The notes under the pieces were generated by a model that made no database searches, was not told where the DNA came from, and saw only the letters and a program-made list of their open reading frames with translations. The translations under genes were made by a program, and so were the position numbers. DNA of 64,000 bases, taken from the NCBI GenBank assembly GCA_037379345.1, contig CM074522.1, forward strand, positions 5,828,001 to 5,892,000. Reading direction: 5' to 3'. Positions 43,301 to 58,300 of this stretch are shown here, piece by piece. Position 1 is the stretch's first letter. The number at the start of each line of letters is the position of its first letter. Origin of the DNA: Perna viridis (taxonomy: Eukaryota).

Positions 43301-46300
43301 GTGAGTAATTTCCTGTACTGATCTGCTAGTTTTTAACTTCAACAGTATGGCATCAAAATGGATTGTATAGTCTTTTATCGTTTAACAAATTGTTTTTTTT
43401 TTATTTTTCATTTTCAGATTCCATTACTTTTTTTATTCACAAATTTGGCAAAATTAGAATTTTGTTCACTCTCTGTACAATAGAGTACTACAAATTTGAA
43501 GTACAGTGGGAGTTAATACCTGTACATTATATGAATGAACTTAGAAAATGTCGTCTTTTTCTCAGACTGTGGACTGTCTGTATCTATCCCACCATTACCA
43601 GCGGGAGTAGTCTGTACCATCAACAAAGACACGTGTACAGGACTGGACTGTTGTATTGGTGTACCGCTGACCAATAAAACCATGAACTTCTACATTAATG
43701 TAAACCACTGTTACAAGGATATCAGGGTTGGTGTAGAGACAATGTTCAGAGAGTACAAGTTACTGGACTACAGCTACAACACACCAGAAAAGTTTAATCT
43801 ACGTGGAGTTGGAAGGATGGAGTGAGTTTTTTGCTCTTGTATATAAAAAGTGCCTGTGATACATCACATACATCTTTCAAACGTTTAAAACACTGTTTTT
43901 ATCCTGATACAGTGACCCCAACCAAACTGGCATAAATTCTTGAACTATGTTTTGGTCTTCATTCACTTTTTCATTGCATCTGATTTTTTGTGTCAGAGTA
44001 AAGGGACTTTTTGACACACAAAAAAAGAGGGAATTAGGGTGTATTTTATGCTTTAGTTTTGTCATTAATAAAAAGATGTTTATTTTGCACCAATTTCAAT
44101 TTTCAATATTGATATTAATTCATTTACTGATTCAAGATCAAAATTGTGAGGAATTTTAAAAAATGCATGTTGTAAATTTTAGATATAACATAGAGAATTT
44201 CATTGGTGGTGAAGCTTACTTGGTGGATTTGAAATTTGATTTTTGTCTTGAGTCATCAGCTCCATGTGAGTTCAGTGAGGTCATTATTGAGGATGTCAAG
44301 TTCCCCAAGAAGAAGTGCACATGGGATGATACTTACAGATCCAAAGGTTTGTTGATGTTAAAGTTGCATTTTGTTATTACCACTACCTTGTGATCTAACA
44401 GTGAAACTCTCACCTCAAGTTTAGTATGGTGTTCATATTTGCAAAGGTTTTGATTCCAAGCTTAGATAAATCAATTTGAGATAAATACTGTAATCTGATT
44501 GGTTAAAATAATTTTGTTATATCTCAATGGATAAAAAAAATATTGACACGCTCCTATTCAGTTAAATTTAGAGCTATTTTTCTCATGTTTAAAGATAAAA
44601 ATATGTTTTAAAATTAATTTATAAGAATTGGCTATGATAAAAATTTTGTCTATTGAAAAATAACATAAATTTTCCATGTGCATATTGTTTATTGCACTTC
44701 GCTTCGTGCAATGAACAATATGCTCATGGAAAATTTGTTATTTTTCAATAGACAAAATTTTTTCATAGCCTATTCTTAAGAATACAGAGACAACTGAGAG
44801 GCAGTTTCTGTTTCTTTCTGCTAAGCTTAGAAGAGAAGGGTAATCAAGGGAACCAAGGTTATAGCGGTAATCAAAAGAATGTAATCCAGGGACAAAGACC
44901 AGACATGGAAAACAGACATACACAACAAAGAACATAAAGTAACTAAAATAATACATATAAAGTAACAAAAGTAAATGAGCAACTAAAAACTGGGAGCATG
45001 GACCAGGTGCACTGCTTTTCTAGAAACACCCGCCGAGTTGCTCATAAAAAGTCGTGTCTGGGGTAGACAAACGAGGAAAGGGGAAACTATGATATATGTT
45101 CTGATGACTAAGTTAGGTTTGGAATATAGTTTAGTAAGATTTACAAGACTAAAGGTCTGATATGAGGATTTTAAGAAATTATATACAAGTCACTGAACTC
45201 AAAAGGTCATAATTGGAGCCAAGGGTCAAAATATTTACTCAAGCAATCCTGTTCTTTATTCTTACCAAACTTATCTACTATGTTTAATATTTCTGCTATC
45301 CTATTTTATTATTACTTTACAGAAAAAAGACAACTCACGGTATTTACCTGTTTTCATAAAAAAAACTCATCAAGCAAAACAAGTGATGACCTTGTGCTCT
45401 TACTATTTCTTTAAGGTCAAAGATCAAGGAATTTTCTGAAAGATAAATTGATTAAACAAATTAATAGATGTGTTTTACATTGAAGGTGTTTTTCCATTAT
45501 AGATTTCTCCAAAGAGCAGTGGAGTAGAGAACGAGGAATCACAGCAGCAGTCTATCCCTCATATTACATCTCAGAATTGTTACAGACTGTTGATCTAACA
45601 AACTACTTCAAAACGTCTCAGTGTAGTAGAACAGCAGCTCCATATGACTCTCCCACTGATGGATGGAAAAATGGTACAATCTAAAATAAAATTTAAAAGA
45701 ACAGTTACACTTTTTTTGGCTGTGAGCAATGTAAAAAAAATCCTTAAATTTTTTTTTTTACAATAAACAGATATTAACAGAAATGCCTCCTTCCTACATA
45801 TGTTTTCATGAAAAACGATTCACACAATGTTTTGGTTAGAAAAACAAAATTTCTAGCTGTGATAATTCTGTTTTTGCCTTCCAGTATAACTAATTGAGGT
45901 AGTTAAACTGGAAGGAAGTTCCAGATCATAACTGAAAAAATTGTGATTCTTGTTAGATTGTTATCCCCTACATGAAACTAAGAAATTTATTTGAGTGGCC
46001 TTTCAATAATATTTTATTTTTAGAATGTGCATCATCTAGTGTTGTTGTTGAGACCATACCCACCAATCCATTGACCTGTCATTTGAAGTCTGACTGTGCC
46101 AGTGTCAGCTGCTGTCTTGATGAAACTTTTATCGCCAAAACATTTGAAGTTGTCTTTGAGATAGATGACTGTGAAAAGAAATTGTTCATTGGTATTGAAA
46201 AATTACAGTTCCATGTACCTCTGAAAGATGTTGAATTTGGTATGTTTGGATTTATTTCTTTATTCCTAAAACTTTTTCTATATTGGAGATTAGGAGAGAT

Positions 46301-49300
46301 TATAAATCAGGGGTATTGACAATCCCTAACCTGATTGCATCGTTGATATAAGGCTTTAAGATTAAAAGTGTATATTTCATCAGCTCTTTTACTTTATAAG
46401 TACCTGACTATAAAAGTCATGGACATCAGTTCATTTCAGCTGTTAAATCTATATTGGTTGGTTGTAACAATAAAGTGTCAAAATGATTAAGTGCAGAGCA
46501 TTAATTAAAAGTGACAATCTTTTTATTGCAGATAAATGGAACGAATTCAGCTTGGTCAAAGTAATTAGGTTAAGGTGAGTCTTGTCTTTATGGGATAAAC
46601 TATGGTGGATTGATTTCTTAGATGCTTAATTTCATGATGAGTTGTTCATTTTTAGTGAAGTTTTTTTGTTATTTAAGCATTAATTACAGAGATTTGAAAA
46701 TGAAACTCTTCAGTAAAGGGAGCTTTATTTATGCTTTATTTGCCGAGGGGTATAAAGTGACAGGGTGTCTGTCTGTCTTTCCTTCCTTCCTTCCTTCCTT
46801 CCTTCCTTCTGATAACAGAGGGGGTACCCATCTTTCATTCATTACTCCTCGTATACCATTGAATGGAATTTTAGAAACTCTTCAATTTACAAGGAACGAA
46901 CAATTACATGTTAATACCTTATATATATATTTGAACAGATACAACATCTTCAATCTAGAGAGCCAGGGAGAATACATGGTGTCTCTTGAGATATCATCAT
47001 GCTGGGAGATGTATAGTGATTGTGCCTGGACACAGAAAGTTTTGGATCATGCAAGATTCAAGAAACAAACTTGCCCCTCTCAGATGCCATATAAGACTAC
47101 AGGTATAAATTCTTAATGATACCATGCTCTATGACACAAACTTACCCCTATAACATGCTGCAATGGTATAATATTTGTTGGTGTTGTTAGTTTTTTAGAA
47201 GCATTTGCTGAATTTTTTTTAGATTCCATATAAATTGACATAAAAAAAAAACAGTTAGCCCCTACAGATTTGTGTATAAACTCTTTATCATTAACGTGTT
47301 CTGAAGATTATGAAATTGTTAGTTTACTTTCCCTGTACCCTATTTTGTCATAATTTATATATTCCCTCACTTTACTGTAAATAATGATATTATTTTATCT
47401 TGCCAGGTTTTTCAGTTGCCACATGGGCTACAGCTAACAGTATCGACAAGGACAATATGACCTCTATACAGGTAGACAGACTCCACGACGAGCTTGACAC
47501 AGCATGGTACTTACTTGACTCCCAGTGTAGTGTCAACACAGCTCCATTTGTCAATGGGGACTGGAATAACAGTAAGTTGTTTCCATGATTCTTCATACAT
47601 TTTAATTTGAGGTAATTTAAGCATATTCATTAACATGTTAGTCATTTTTTTTTAATCATAGAATTAGAATTCTGCTGATCTTTGTGGGTCTTATACCCAT
47701 GGTGTCTTCATTAAGTTTAATTTGATAAGCAATTTTTTTTTTACATTCCAAACAATTGATAATGAAATTCTGTACATCATGACATGAATTTGTTCTTCAT
47801 CATATTATAGATGTACTTACTATCTTTCAGTCACATTTCTGTATGCTGTGATGGTGCTTTAAAATTGCTTTAATTTAGACAGGTTTTCAATTCGCCAAGG
47901 TTCAAAATACATTTAAATTGATGTGAAGGGACTGTGAAAAGCATCTGTTTTTTTTTTATTATTCAGACTAGTTTCTCTATATATGGTATTTTCATGGTTT
48001 GCAAAATTGTGGTGTTTTACATTTAGGCATTGCTGGAGCACCTTTATACTTTCTGACGAAACTTTGCAAATTTTATCATTGTTTATGGGAATATGCTTTG
48101 ACCTTACCATGAAATATATGAGACTTGGTACCCCACAAACATTATTCCTTCATAGTATGTGATCCATAAAATAATTAAGTAACCTTTAAATTACAGATAA
48201 ACTCATTCAAAACAATTCATATCTTATATTTTTCCAGCATGTCAAATGAACATAAGCAGCTTACCAATCCTTCCATCTGGATCATCTTGTTACATCACTG
48301 ACTCCTGCACTAATGTTCACTGTTGTGCTAAGGTTCCTGCTCTTCAGAAGTCATTTGACTTTTCTCTTTCACTCCATGGATGTGCTCAGTACTTACAAGT
48401 ACAGCTAGAAGAATTCCAGCAGAAATTCATGTTTGGTGACCTGACTTTTGGACAAGAGGCATACTTGTGGATCAAGGGAGCTTTTAGACTGACGTATGTA
48501 TTAATTATAAGTGCTTATAGGTTTAGTTGCTATACATACAGGAATGAATGTGTATCAGTTGTTGACATCATGCTTACGGATGTCTTCAAAAGCGACTACA
48601 AAATTCATAACAAAACATAATCTTGGTTTTCTCCAGGATTTGCTTCCTTTACTGAGTTCAACTTGTTCAGAATTCTGAAAGTTTCTAAAATTTATTGTCT
48701 GTCTGCTGAATAATATTAATCATTTGTCACCATCTATATTCTTTTTAACAGGTACACTATATATGACCTTGAGGATCAAGACTTATTCAGAGTGTCCCTG
48801 AAGTTTGAGGTTTGTTTAGAATCTGCTGGACCATGTGATTATACTCTGGATGTCATGGATAGTATTGAGTTGCCAAGGGCCGATTGTCTTCCAAAGTGGA
48901 GTTATGGATATATCAAACCAGGTAATAGTCAATAGAGACATACATGATTTTCTTCCACTTTTTCAAATCCAGATTTTTCCTTTACTGTATTTTTTTACCG
49001 TCTATTTACTTTCGAATTTGGCATTTTATGCTTTTTTGGTAGGTTTTGTAAAATGTAGAGAAGAAAGTGGAAACTTGGAACTTGTCAAGTCAAAGAGACA
49101 ATAAACAAATTTATGAAAATAAATACAATCAGACATTATTGCATTCAAGTGGTCTAGAATTTTAGAAATTTTCTGCCAATGGGAAAGTTTGATATGAAAA
49201 TTATCTCAACCAGAATAAAGATCAGCACTAAATTTACCTGCTAAAGGTGACCGGAAATTATAAAACTACAGCCATAGGTGAATCCAACTTGCCCAACTCC

Positions 49301-52300
49301 CAAACTCCGGCATCCCCTTGTACTTGAAAATTTGGTTTAATATAAAGTAAATCACTGGAACGCCTCCCTCTTACCCCTTTTTTTCAAAATTTGTTTGAAT
49401 TGCCAGTGAGACCCTTGCATTTTGTTACTATTGAAATGCTGTAAAGGATTGTAGATTGTTAACATTGACCATATTTACCATTTTTATGAAATTATGCAGG
49501 TGTTCAACTACAATAATCCAAACATACATTTTTCATCATGATGTAACACGAATGTTTCCAAATTTACAAATTTAAATGAGTAATCAAGGGAACAAACGTT
49601 ATAGCGGTAATCAAAAGAATGTGATCCAGGGACAAAGACTAGACATGGAAAACAGACATACACAACAAAGATCATAAAATCATACATACAAAATAACAAA
49701 AGCAAATGAGCAACTCGGACTCCACTAAAAACTGGGAGCATGGACCAGGTGCACAAACTCTCATTTTAATCTGAAGTACCAAAAGAATCATGATAAGAAA
49801 TTGTAATAATTTCTGAATATATAATTACATTAAATATGTTTATATTTTATCACAGGATTCACTATAGAAAACTGGAAGACGAGCCGTGGACTTGCTGATG
49901 ATGCTACATTAAACTCATGGCAAATAGCTAAATTATTAGAAGAAACAGAAGTAGCTCTGTACAAGAAATCACCAGGATGTGATAGGAATGCTGGGAAATT
50001 TTCTGGATCTGTGGATGGATGGGTTAACAGTAAGTGCCGTGCTCTTTTTCAAGGAGATTAATATACCTCTTTTACGTGAAATCACATTGTCGGTCTATCT
50101 GTATCTGTTAATAGACAGTGGTAAGCTCAACTTTTGTTTTGATGAAACTTTAAGCAAGTGTTTTGAAATACTTGACATTGTATCAAATAGTTTCTGTGAC
50201 ATTGTATCAAATAGTTTTTGTGACATTGTATCATAGTTTCTGTGACATTGTATCAAATAGTTCCTGTGACATTGTATCAAGTAGTTTCTGTGACATTGTA
50301 TCAAATAGTTCCTGTGACATTGTATCAAATAGTTTCAGTCTGATGCTTTGAAGAGAGGTAATTTAACTGTACATGAAGCTGTGGTTCTTTACACCATTTC
50401 ACAAAGGAATATTGTTTATGGAAGTAGCTAAGTAATTTGTTATAGGATTTTGTGTATTACTGTCCACCTTTTAGGTAATAAAATCTGACCTAAAAATTTC
50501 TGGCTTTCATTTCAGTATTTTAGTCATTAATAATTGACTTTGAAAAAGTTTGATAATGTGTTATTTGTTTCTTCACAGACTGCACACTGGGTATATCCCC
50601 TAATGTACTGGATGGCAATATTGTGTGTCACATTGGAGCTCTATGTACTGAAGTTGAATGCTGTGTTGGGGACTCAGAAACAGCCATGGACATAAGTTCT
50701 TTTCTTTCAATTAATCCATGTGACTTTACCATTATGGTGGGTGTAGAAGGATACCAGTTTACAGTCCCCCTGTCAGAGTTTGATTATAGTATGTATATTA
50801 GTTTTTCAGTAGGTATAAAATAAACAAGAAATGAGCTGTCATAACAATAGGAAATTGACTTTTTTTGTCGTAGTTACGTCTTTGGATGTTCAAAACCAAA
50901 AATTAGCAACATGCTAGAATTTAATGGAGCTATATTGACAAAAATTTTACAATTGCAATAATCACAAAGTTTTTGTTATCAAATTGATTTAATAAATCAA
51001 GTTTCATGTTTACACTAAATTATACATGACCGTTGTTTTGTCAAAAAGAACAAAATGTTAAAATTGAATTGAACAACATATTCACCAACAAGATCTTAAC
51101 AAGACATGTTCAGCAGTGGCAAGGTGTGAAGGTTTGACTAGTCCAGGAAACTTATCTTGTTGATGTTATATTTATCAATGATTCAGCTCAATTTTCTATG
51201 AGCTTTTCTTTCAATGGCAGCATTATTTTTCTTTTCCTTCAGCCCGTAGTTACGAGTTGGATCTTGGTGGTATATACCACATTAGCTTTACCTTGGCTAA
51301 TCTCATGTACAGCCGGGCCTATATCGTAAACATGACTGTCAGTGTATGTTGGAACAGTGGCCAGAACTGTGACTTTACATCTAAAGTGTTTGAGAACACA
51401 CTTCTACCTAAAATTGAATGTCAAACACAATTGGACTTTGCTCAACCAGGTAACATTACTAATATATCAAAATTATGACTAGGTTTAGGAAGACTATTTT
51501 TGGGATTTGTCTTATATTTTGTTGCAGTTACTTTATATTTGGCAAGTGCATGTCTTTCGAATTCTTTTTGAGATGAATTGTAAAAATTATTACTTCTTGA
51601 TTGCATGTTTTCTCAACCAAATATTGTTTCCAAGTCTAACATATGTTTAAATAATCTGATGACTCTATCAAACCTCAATTGTTGATATTTAAAAGATGTA
51701 CTTGTCCTTTTAACCTGGTATGAATTTTTCAATTGCACTAATCAAAATATACCACTAATTGCTTTCTGTTGAGTGCGAGTTAAACTTAAATTTCAATTTT
51801 AAGGGTTTGATTTGCCAACCTGGTTCACTGCTACTGGACATGTGGATGCTGCTCCTCTCACAGGAGATGCCTTGGATGACCTTGAAGAAGTCCTTGACCT
51901 TGTCAGGTTCATTGAAGCAGATGACTGCATGCAGGCCAATATAACAGCTAATGGCTGGAATGATGGTAAGAATTAAAAACAAAATGAATTATTTACCAAC
52001 CAATAGGGTCTTTAAAGAAAATATACTTGTATCAGATTATTAGGAAGAAAAATATTTGGGCATTAATGCAAACTTTATCATTTTTTTATTTTTATAGATA
52101 AAAGGAGATTATTAAGTGAGTTTAAAGTGACTCAATTTCGATATTACAGTCAAAAACCCTGCATGATATTCAAACTTTTCGCAAAGGGATGCAAAAGGAG
52201 GTAATTCACTGAATTTGTAAGTTTGAAAGTGACATATTTATGATATTTTTATTATTATATAGAGTGCTCAGAAGGCCCAGTCACCCTCCCTGATATTACA

Positions 52301-55300
52301 AACAAAGTGGAGTGTACTCTGCAGTCTTCCTGTTTGGCTATGGACTGTTGTATTGAATCCCCAAGACTTGGTAGAAAGTTCCATACCATAGTGGATGTAG
52401 ACCCTTGTTATGGTCGACTGAAGGTTCAAATTGAGAATATGAAGTTCAATGTTGGACTCTTGGAGAAGGCATATGGTATTTTTTATTTGATTGTAAACTT
52501 CTATTTATTAAATACTGACTATTGACTCCTGTTGAGTTGAAAGTGAATGTAAAAATATCTGTTTTGTCACTCAAATGATTTGCACAAAAAATATCACTTG
52601 TTTCATTGACTTCATGACCACATTAGGATTACCAAATTAATGAGCTGATGTTTAGTTGTAATAATGTGATAATGGTTTTTTTTTTTTACATTTTCAGGAG
52701 ATCTATGGCAAGTTTGGCTGAAGGGAGTTGTAAGAATGGAGTAAGTATAATCTGAACTTTCTCTCCCCCATGAAAAAAATCTATGAAAGGTCTTCTTCTG
52801 TTTATATGAGTTACAATGAATTAGGAATTTACCAGTTCCTACTAAATACTTGAATACCAAAGGTTATAGATTTAAATCAGGATTCAAACAAAAAATTTTC
52901 TCTCTAAAATAAGTATCATTAATATATAATACATATGAACCTGTCCAAACTGAACCCTGAATAAATCTGACACCTGCCAAAAGCAGGCATTTTCTGTCCT
53001 TTCACACCAGTTTCAGTGGGCTCTGAACCTATTAAACTTGAACAAGTCATCAGTTTGAAAGAGTAATCAAGGGAACCAAGGTTATAGCGGTAATCAAAAG
53101 AATGTAATCCAGGGACAAAGACCAGACATGGAAAACAGACATACACAACAAAGAACATAAAGTAAATAAAATCATACATACAAAGTAACAAAAGTAAAAA
53201 CTCTGACTCCACTAAAAACTGGGAGCATGGACCAGGTGCACTGGTTGGGTAAGCGTCCTCTGCTTTTCTAGAAGTGTTATGTTTTAGACAGTTTTTATTG
53301 TAGAAGAAAGTACCATTCATACCATTGTAAAATGTTTTGATATTTATCATATTATTTTTTAACTAGCTTTACAGTAGAAAATCTTCAGAGTGAGAATGTG
53401 TTGCTGTTGAATTTGAACATGAGTGTGTGTTTCCAGTCTTCTGGTCCATGTGAAGTTGGACCAGTGGCTGTTTTTGACAATACCCTGCTACCTAAGGGAA
53501 TGTGTGAATTTATCAGGGATTTCCCAGATCCAGGTATGTAAACTCAATTTTCTGTTTGAAAAATGTCATATAATTTGGAAAGAGTTATTTTCTTTTAATC
53601 AATTTACTTGTTGTTATTTTCTTACCACTTTTATTTTTGCTTCTTTTGCATCTTTTTGCATTCTTCATACCAAGAAAGACTTTAAGGATCAATATTTATT
53701 TAAAAACTATGATCAGTGTTCACAAAAAATAATGAAGTGGCTTTGTTTTTGTGTGTTATTATTATTGATTTTATTGCTTTAGTAATAAACAATACTTTCA
53801 TCATCAATCTCTTCCATAGACCTATGACCAGTTCCTTCATATCTGTCTGCCTGTTAACTGACTGTGCTATACAGTGTGTCACAAGGCATGAGTACTACTA
53901 ATTACAAATCTGCATGGCTGTTTAAGTTGTACTTTACTAATTTGCATAAATACTTAGTTTGGCAGAGATGTAAAGCTTTGAAATAGTGAATATACCCTCT
54001 TCACAGGAGATTGTTCCATCATTACTAACTTTATTTGTACATTTTCAGCTTTCTCTTTGACTGCATTAAAGGCAACCTATGGAATAACAAGTATCAGTCT
54101 TCCATCATTCTTTGTATCTGAGGCCCTCAACACTGTAGCAGTATCTCAGTATCTTATGTCAACTGCTTGCAATCGGTTGACATCTCCATTCGGTAACACA
54201 TTTGATGGCTGGGTCAAAGGTGAGTCTATTAATATCACTAATGCAACTTTGTCATGAAACTTTTACTTTTATACTGATCTTTTTGGATTTGAATGGATTG
54301 GATTAAACAATCAGTTTAGTACTTTTGATAAGACAATTTGCTTCAATCTGACTCTTAGCTATATGGTTTATGGGGTTAAGGATACATTGTAAATCATAAT
54401 ATATGATACTTTTTTCTAGTGTGACCATTTTAGGATGAGGTATCCATGGGATATAGAGATTATTGTTTAATGCATTCTGAAACTGTAATGCCTTTTCACT
54501 GAATTTCAGGATGAAAAAAGAACAGATATGGTGAAATGTAACAAATACACCAAATAACTAAAATTTTAAATAGTAAATACTTTCGGAGATCACCAAAAGG
54601 TCTTTAACAAGTGTAAAGTAAGCTCTGAAAGGTACCAAGAACAAAAAATTGAGAGTCCTTTTTCTTTCTTTTCCAGGATGCACTGCCCAAACTATAACTG
54701 GTGAATACCTCAGTGGTACCGAGACCACCTGCTACACATTACCAGATTGTACTGGTTTCCTGTGCTGTTCTGATACTGCTGACATCAGTCGCTCCTTCCA
54801 GTTCAAGTTGTCTGTTGATGCCTGTAAATACAAGCTGACTATTGGCGTTGAAGATTTAGAATATGAGCAGAATCTTCTGACCTATAAGTTTGGTATGTGT
54901 GCTTGAAATATATTTTAAGCAAAACTTTTCATAAGAATAAAGTTGAATTTATAAAATCGGTAATATACATGTTCAATATCATTAAATGAACAATACATTT
55001 TCACTGATTACCCATACAAATATTGACCTGTCTAAAGAACTATACATATTTATTTTGTTTTTACTCATGTTATGGCTATATGCATGTATGAATGTACAAG
55101 TATGAAATAATTCTCATTGTACACAGATTTGTCATTATTTTACCGTATCAAGACCATTTATGCCAAATCATTTGACCCTTAATTATTGAGATAGAGAAAT
55201 TGTAATAAATGGTGATATGTTGATATATCCTATACATATTTTATTCAGGTACACAAGATAAATTCTACATCAATGGAATGTTTAAGATAGAGTAAGTATA

Positions 55301-58300
55301 AAATTTTACTTCAATTTTACATTTTTTGTCCCCCAAGATGCGTCGTGAAGGGACATGGAAATGGCAGGTGTCCGTCCAAGTTTTCTGCACTTTTTTTGTA
55401 ATGCTCCTATCAAATAAGTTTGTTTTTGGTATATAGCCTTATTATGAAGAGTTACAGACTGAGTTGAACTTTGGTTACGGTTGAATGATTTTTACTTAAG
55501 TTATGGCCCTTGGACTTAGAAAATTTTAGTAAATTATCCACTTTTTTTAGGCATACCCTATGTTTATGTACATTAAAGATGGCAATTTTTTTGGTATCTC
55601 TAGCAGTAAAATCGGATACTATAACATATCTTGACAAAGCACAGTTCTACATTTAGTATTTTATCCTTTTCCAGTTACATGATAACAAACCTACCGATCG
55701 ATGGCTCATTCCTCATCACTGCCTCCCTGAGTGTTTGCCTTGAAGCCAATGCTGACTGTGCTGTCGTCAGAACTGTTGCCAATAACATGAAGATAGACAA
55801 ACCAGTCTGCTCATCTACAGGAGAGTTTGCCATCCCAGGATTCTCTCTTACATCATGGAAGAACCTTAAAGGTCTGATGCCTTCAGATCCGTTACCAGAC
55901 TTTGGTAAATCGCTGTTGATGAATGACCTAAAAATAGCCAAGTATATGGAGGATCCACAATGTACTATATCCTCCTCTGGATGGCAAGCTGGTGGTAAGG
56001 ATTAGATATAACGTGCTGGGTTAGAATATGGGGCATATATCAAAAGACGTTGGTCATGATATACTTATATTTTAAGCTTCACTGAATTCATAGTTAGCAT
56101 ATTTATTTTACATACTGTGTTCTCATACAAGTCATCATATTTTTGAAAGTCGCAGTACTCAAGGATTCATTCAGAAATTGTGATAAAACGCCAGCATCTG
56201 TATTTGAAGTAGGTTTGTTACACAGAAATCATTTTACATTTCAGAAAGATTACGCTAATAAAACTTATCATATCCCTACTTCCTTGTATTTTCTAGGTTG
56301 CCCTCTAAGCATTGAACTTTCTGATCTCCATGACAACATGACATGCCAGATCACAGACAGTTGTACTGGTGTCAAGTGTTGTGTGTATACCAAAGAACTG
56401 GACCGTAATTTTGACATCAATGTCATTCTTGACCCATGTGACCAGAGTTTGTCACTGAGTATTGATCATCTTGTCAATAATGTCAGCCTGTATGATCTAG
56501 GATTTGGTGAGTATTGTACAAAAATAACAACAAAAAGACATTTCATCATTCACAGGCAAAATATACTAGTACGATTCTCATTATTTTCACATGACTTTTG
56601 TTTGAATCAAGCATTTGAATTTTGTGACAGACTTTTTGTGAAATTTATGTGAATCAAGGCTTTACATGAACTTCACATGAAGATTTCACTTAAGAATCAT
56701 GTGAAGTGAATTTCATGTGAACAATATTTGCCTGTGACTTTGATCCATTAATGTTTGTATATGCTAAAGAAATAGAAATATATAACCTGATTCCAATAAA
56801 GTACAATTATTATACAGACACTTTATCTACAAAAATGCTGACACTTTGAATGTGATATGTTACCTCTAGTTTATAATAATTTCTATGTTCAAAGTTCAAA
56901 TATTAAAATCATTATGTTTAAGAAAAGTTTAAAATTTGAAATATGCAGTTCATTTGTGTAAAAAGAACCCAAACTTTACTTTATTTCTTCAAACTATATC
57001 CCAGGTACCCTGAACAAGTTCTACATGGAGAATGTTGTCAGAGTGGAGTAAGTCCGTTTACATTTCTTACAATATTTTTTTACCCAGGGGTAGATATTTC
57101 ATAGGGGTTAAAAAATAATATGACATCAGAGAAAATATGTAGCAAAGTATAAGAAAAGCACAAACAAAATATAGAAACCAAAACAAAAAAAAAGCAGACT
57201 TACAGAAGTCTCAGAGTACAGAAAAAGATAAGCAAACCAGACCATGTAAATGCTGTGAGCATTATCTGCTTTTCTCCAAACACCAACTCGATTATGGCTG
57301 CCATAGGATGTAAAGCCATAAGCAATCAATCAACCAAATGCTGAGTTGTTAATAGAAGAAAACTAATGGAATTCTGTGAGAATCTGTTTATTCATGGTTA
57401 TGAATTTCCAGGATTTGTTTTTAAAAAAATCATAAGTTTTAGGTTGTTTGATTTCATTAATTTTAATACTAAGAGTAACAAAGATTTCAATAAAAACTTT
57501 ACATTTTGTTGGGGAAAAAAATTGTTGTTTGACCGAACTATGAAAAATAAAAAGTAGTATTACCCCACAAACATTTAATAGTTCTTAAACAGTATTTCTG
57601 ATTTTCACGATTAACTTTTGCCTTCCATTTTAATCCACATTTTCTTATGACATCAATCGTTCTATACACACATGTAATTTTCTCTCCCACAGTTATGTAG
57701 TGTATGATCTGATCAGTGACTTTAAATACTTGGTTGATGTGAATATTAGTGTCTGTTACGAGTCTGCTGCACCCTGTGAGCTTGAGACTATGGTCTTCCA
57801 TAGTACCGTTTTACACAAAAAACCGTGTGAATGGAAAACAGGCTTCAGAGATCCAGGTATTTATTTCCTATTTAACCGTGTCCCACCCTTCACCAAACAA
57901 AGATTGAGAAAATTCAATGTTTTTTTCTTTTTTTTTTTTTCTTTTGTTTTTTGGGGCCATTTCACCCAAATGGAACTTGATGAACTTGTGAAGTTTTGCG
58001 TAATTTTTTGGGGGTGAGGATGAAGCAGTACAAATATAGCTTGATTATGGAATTAACCTTTTTGTTGTAGGTTTCTCTCAAGCAACCTGGAGGACATCAA
58101 TGAACATATCATCCAATGCCCAGCTGTTCCCTGTTGACATTGCCCAGCTGAAGGAGGCTCTCTTTGTTGGCCCATTCGAGCTGGATACTGCCTGTCAACC
58201 TTACAACGCTCCATATTCTGGGGCCATAAGTGGATGGAAAGATGGTTTGTATTATGAATATTTTGGTTAGTTTGGGACTGAGTCATTTTTGTTTTTGATA

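Noticed and set aside
45098-45130. CTGATGA as a hammerhead ribozyme core next to repeat X
   Set aside because: I could not find a correctly placed GAAA or the flanking stems.
50173-50336. CRISPR-like array, or the repetitive ORFs (CDIVSNSF / LIQCHRNY)
   Set aside because: The 24-bp units are head-to-tail with no unique spacers, in a eukaryotic intron. The ORFs are by-products of a unit length divisible by 3.
38128-53350. A family of small proteins sharing [18 protein letters not shown] (ORFs at 3859, 38128, 44738, 49508, 52919)
   Set aside because: These are translations of interspersed repeat X. The starts are inconsistent, there are indels, they occur on both strands and they lie in introns.
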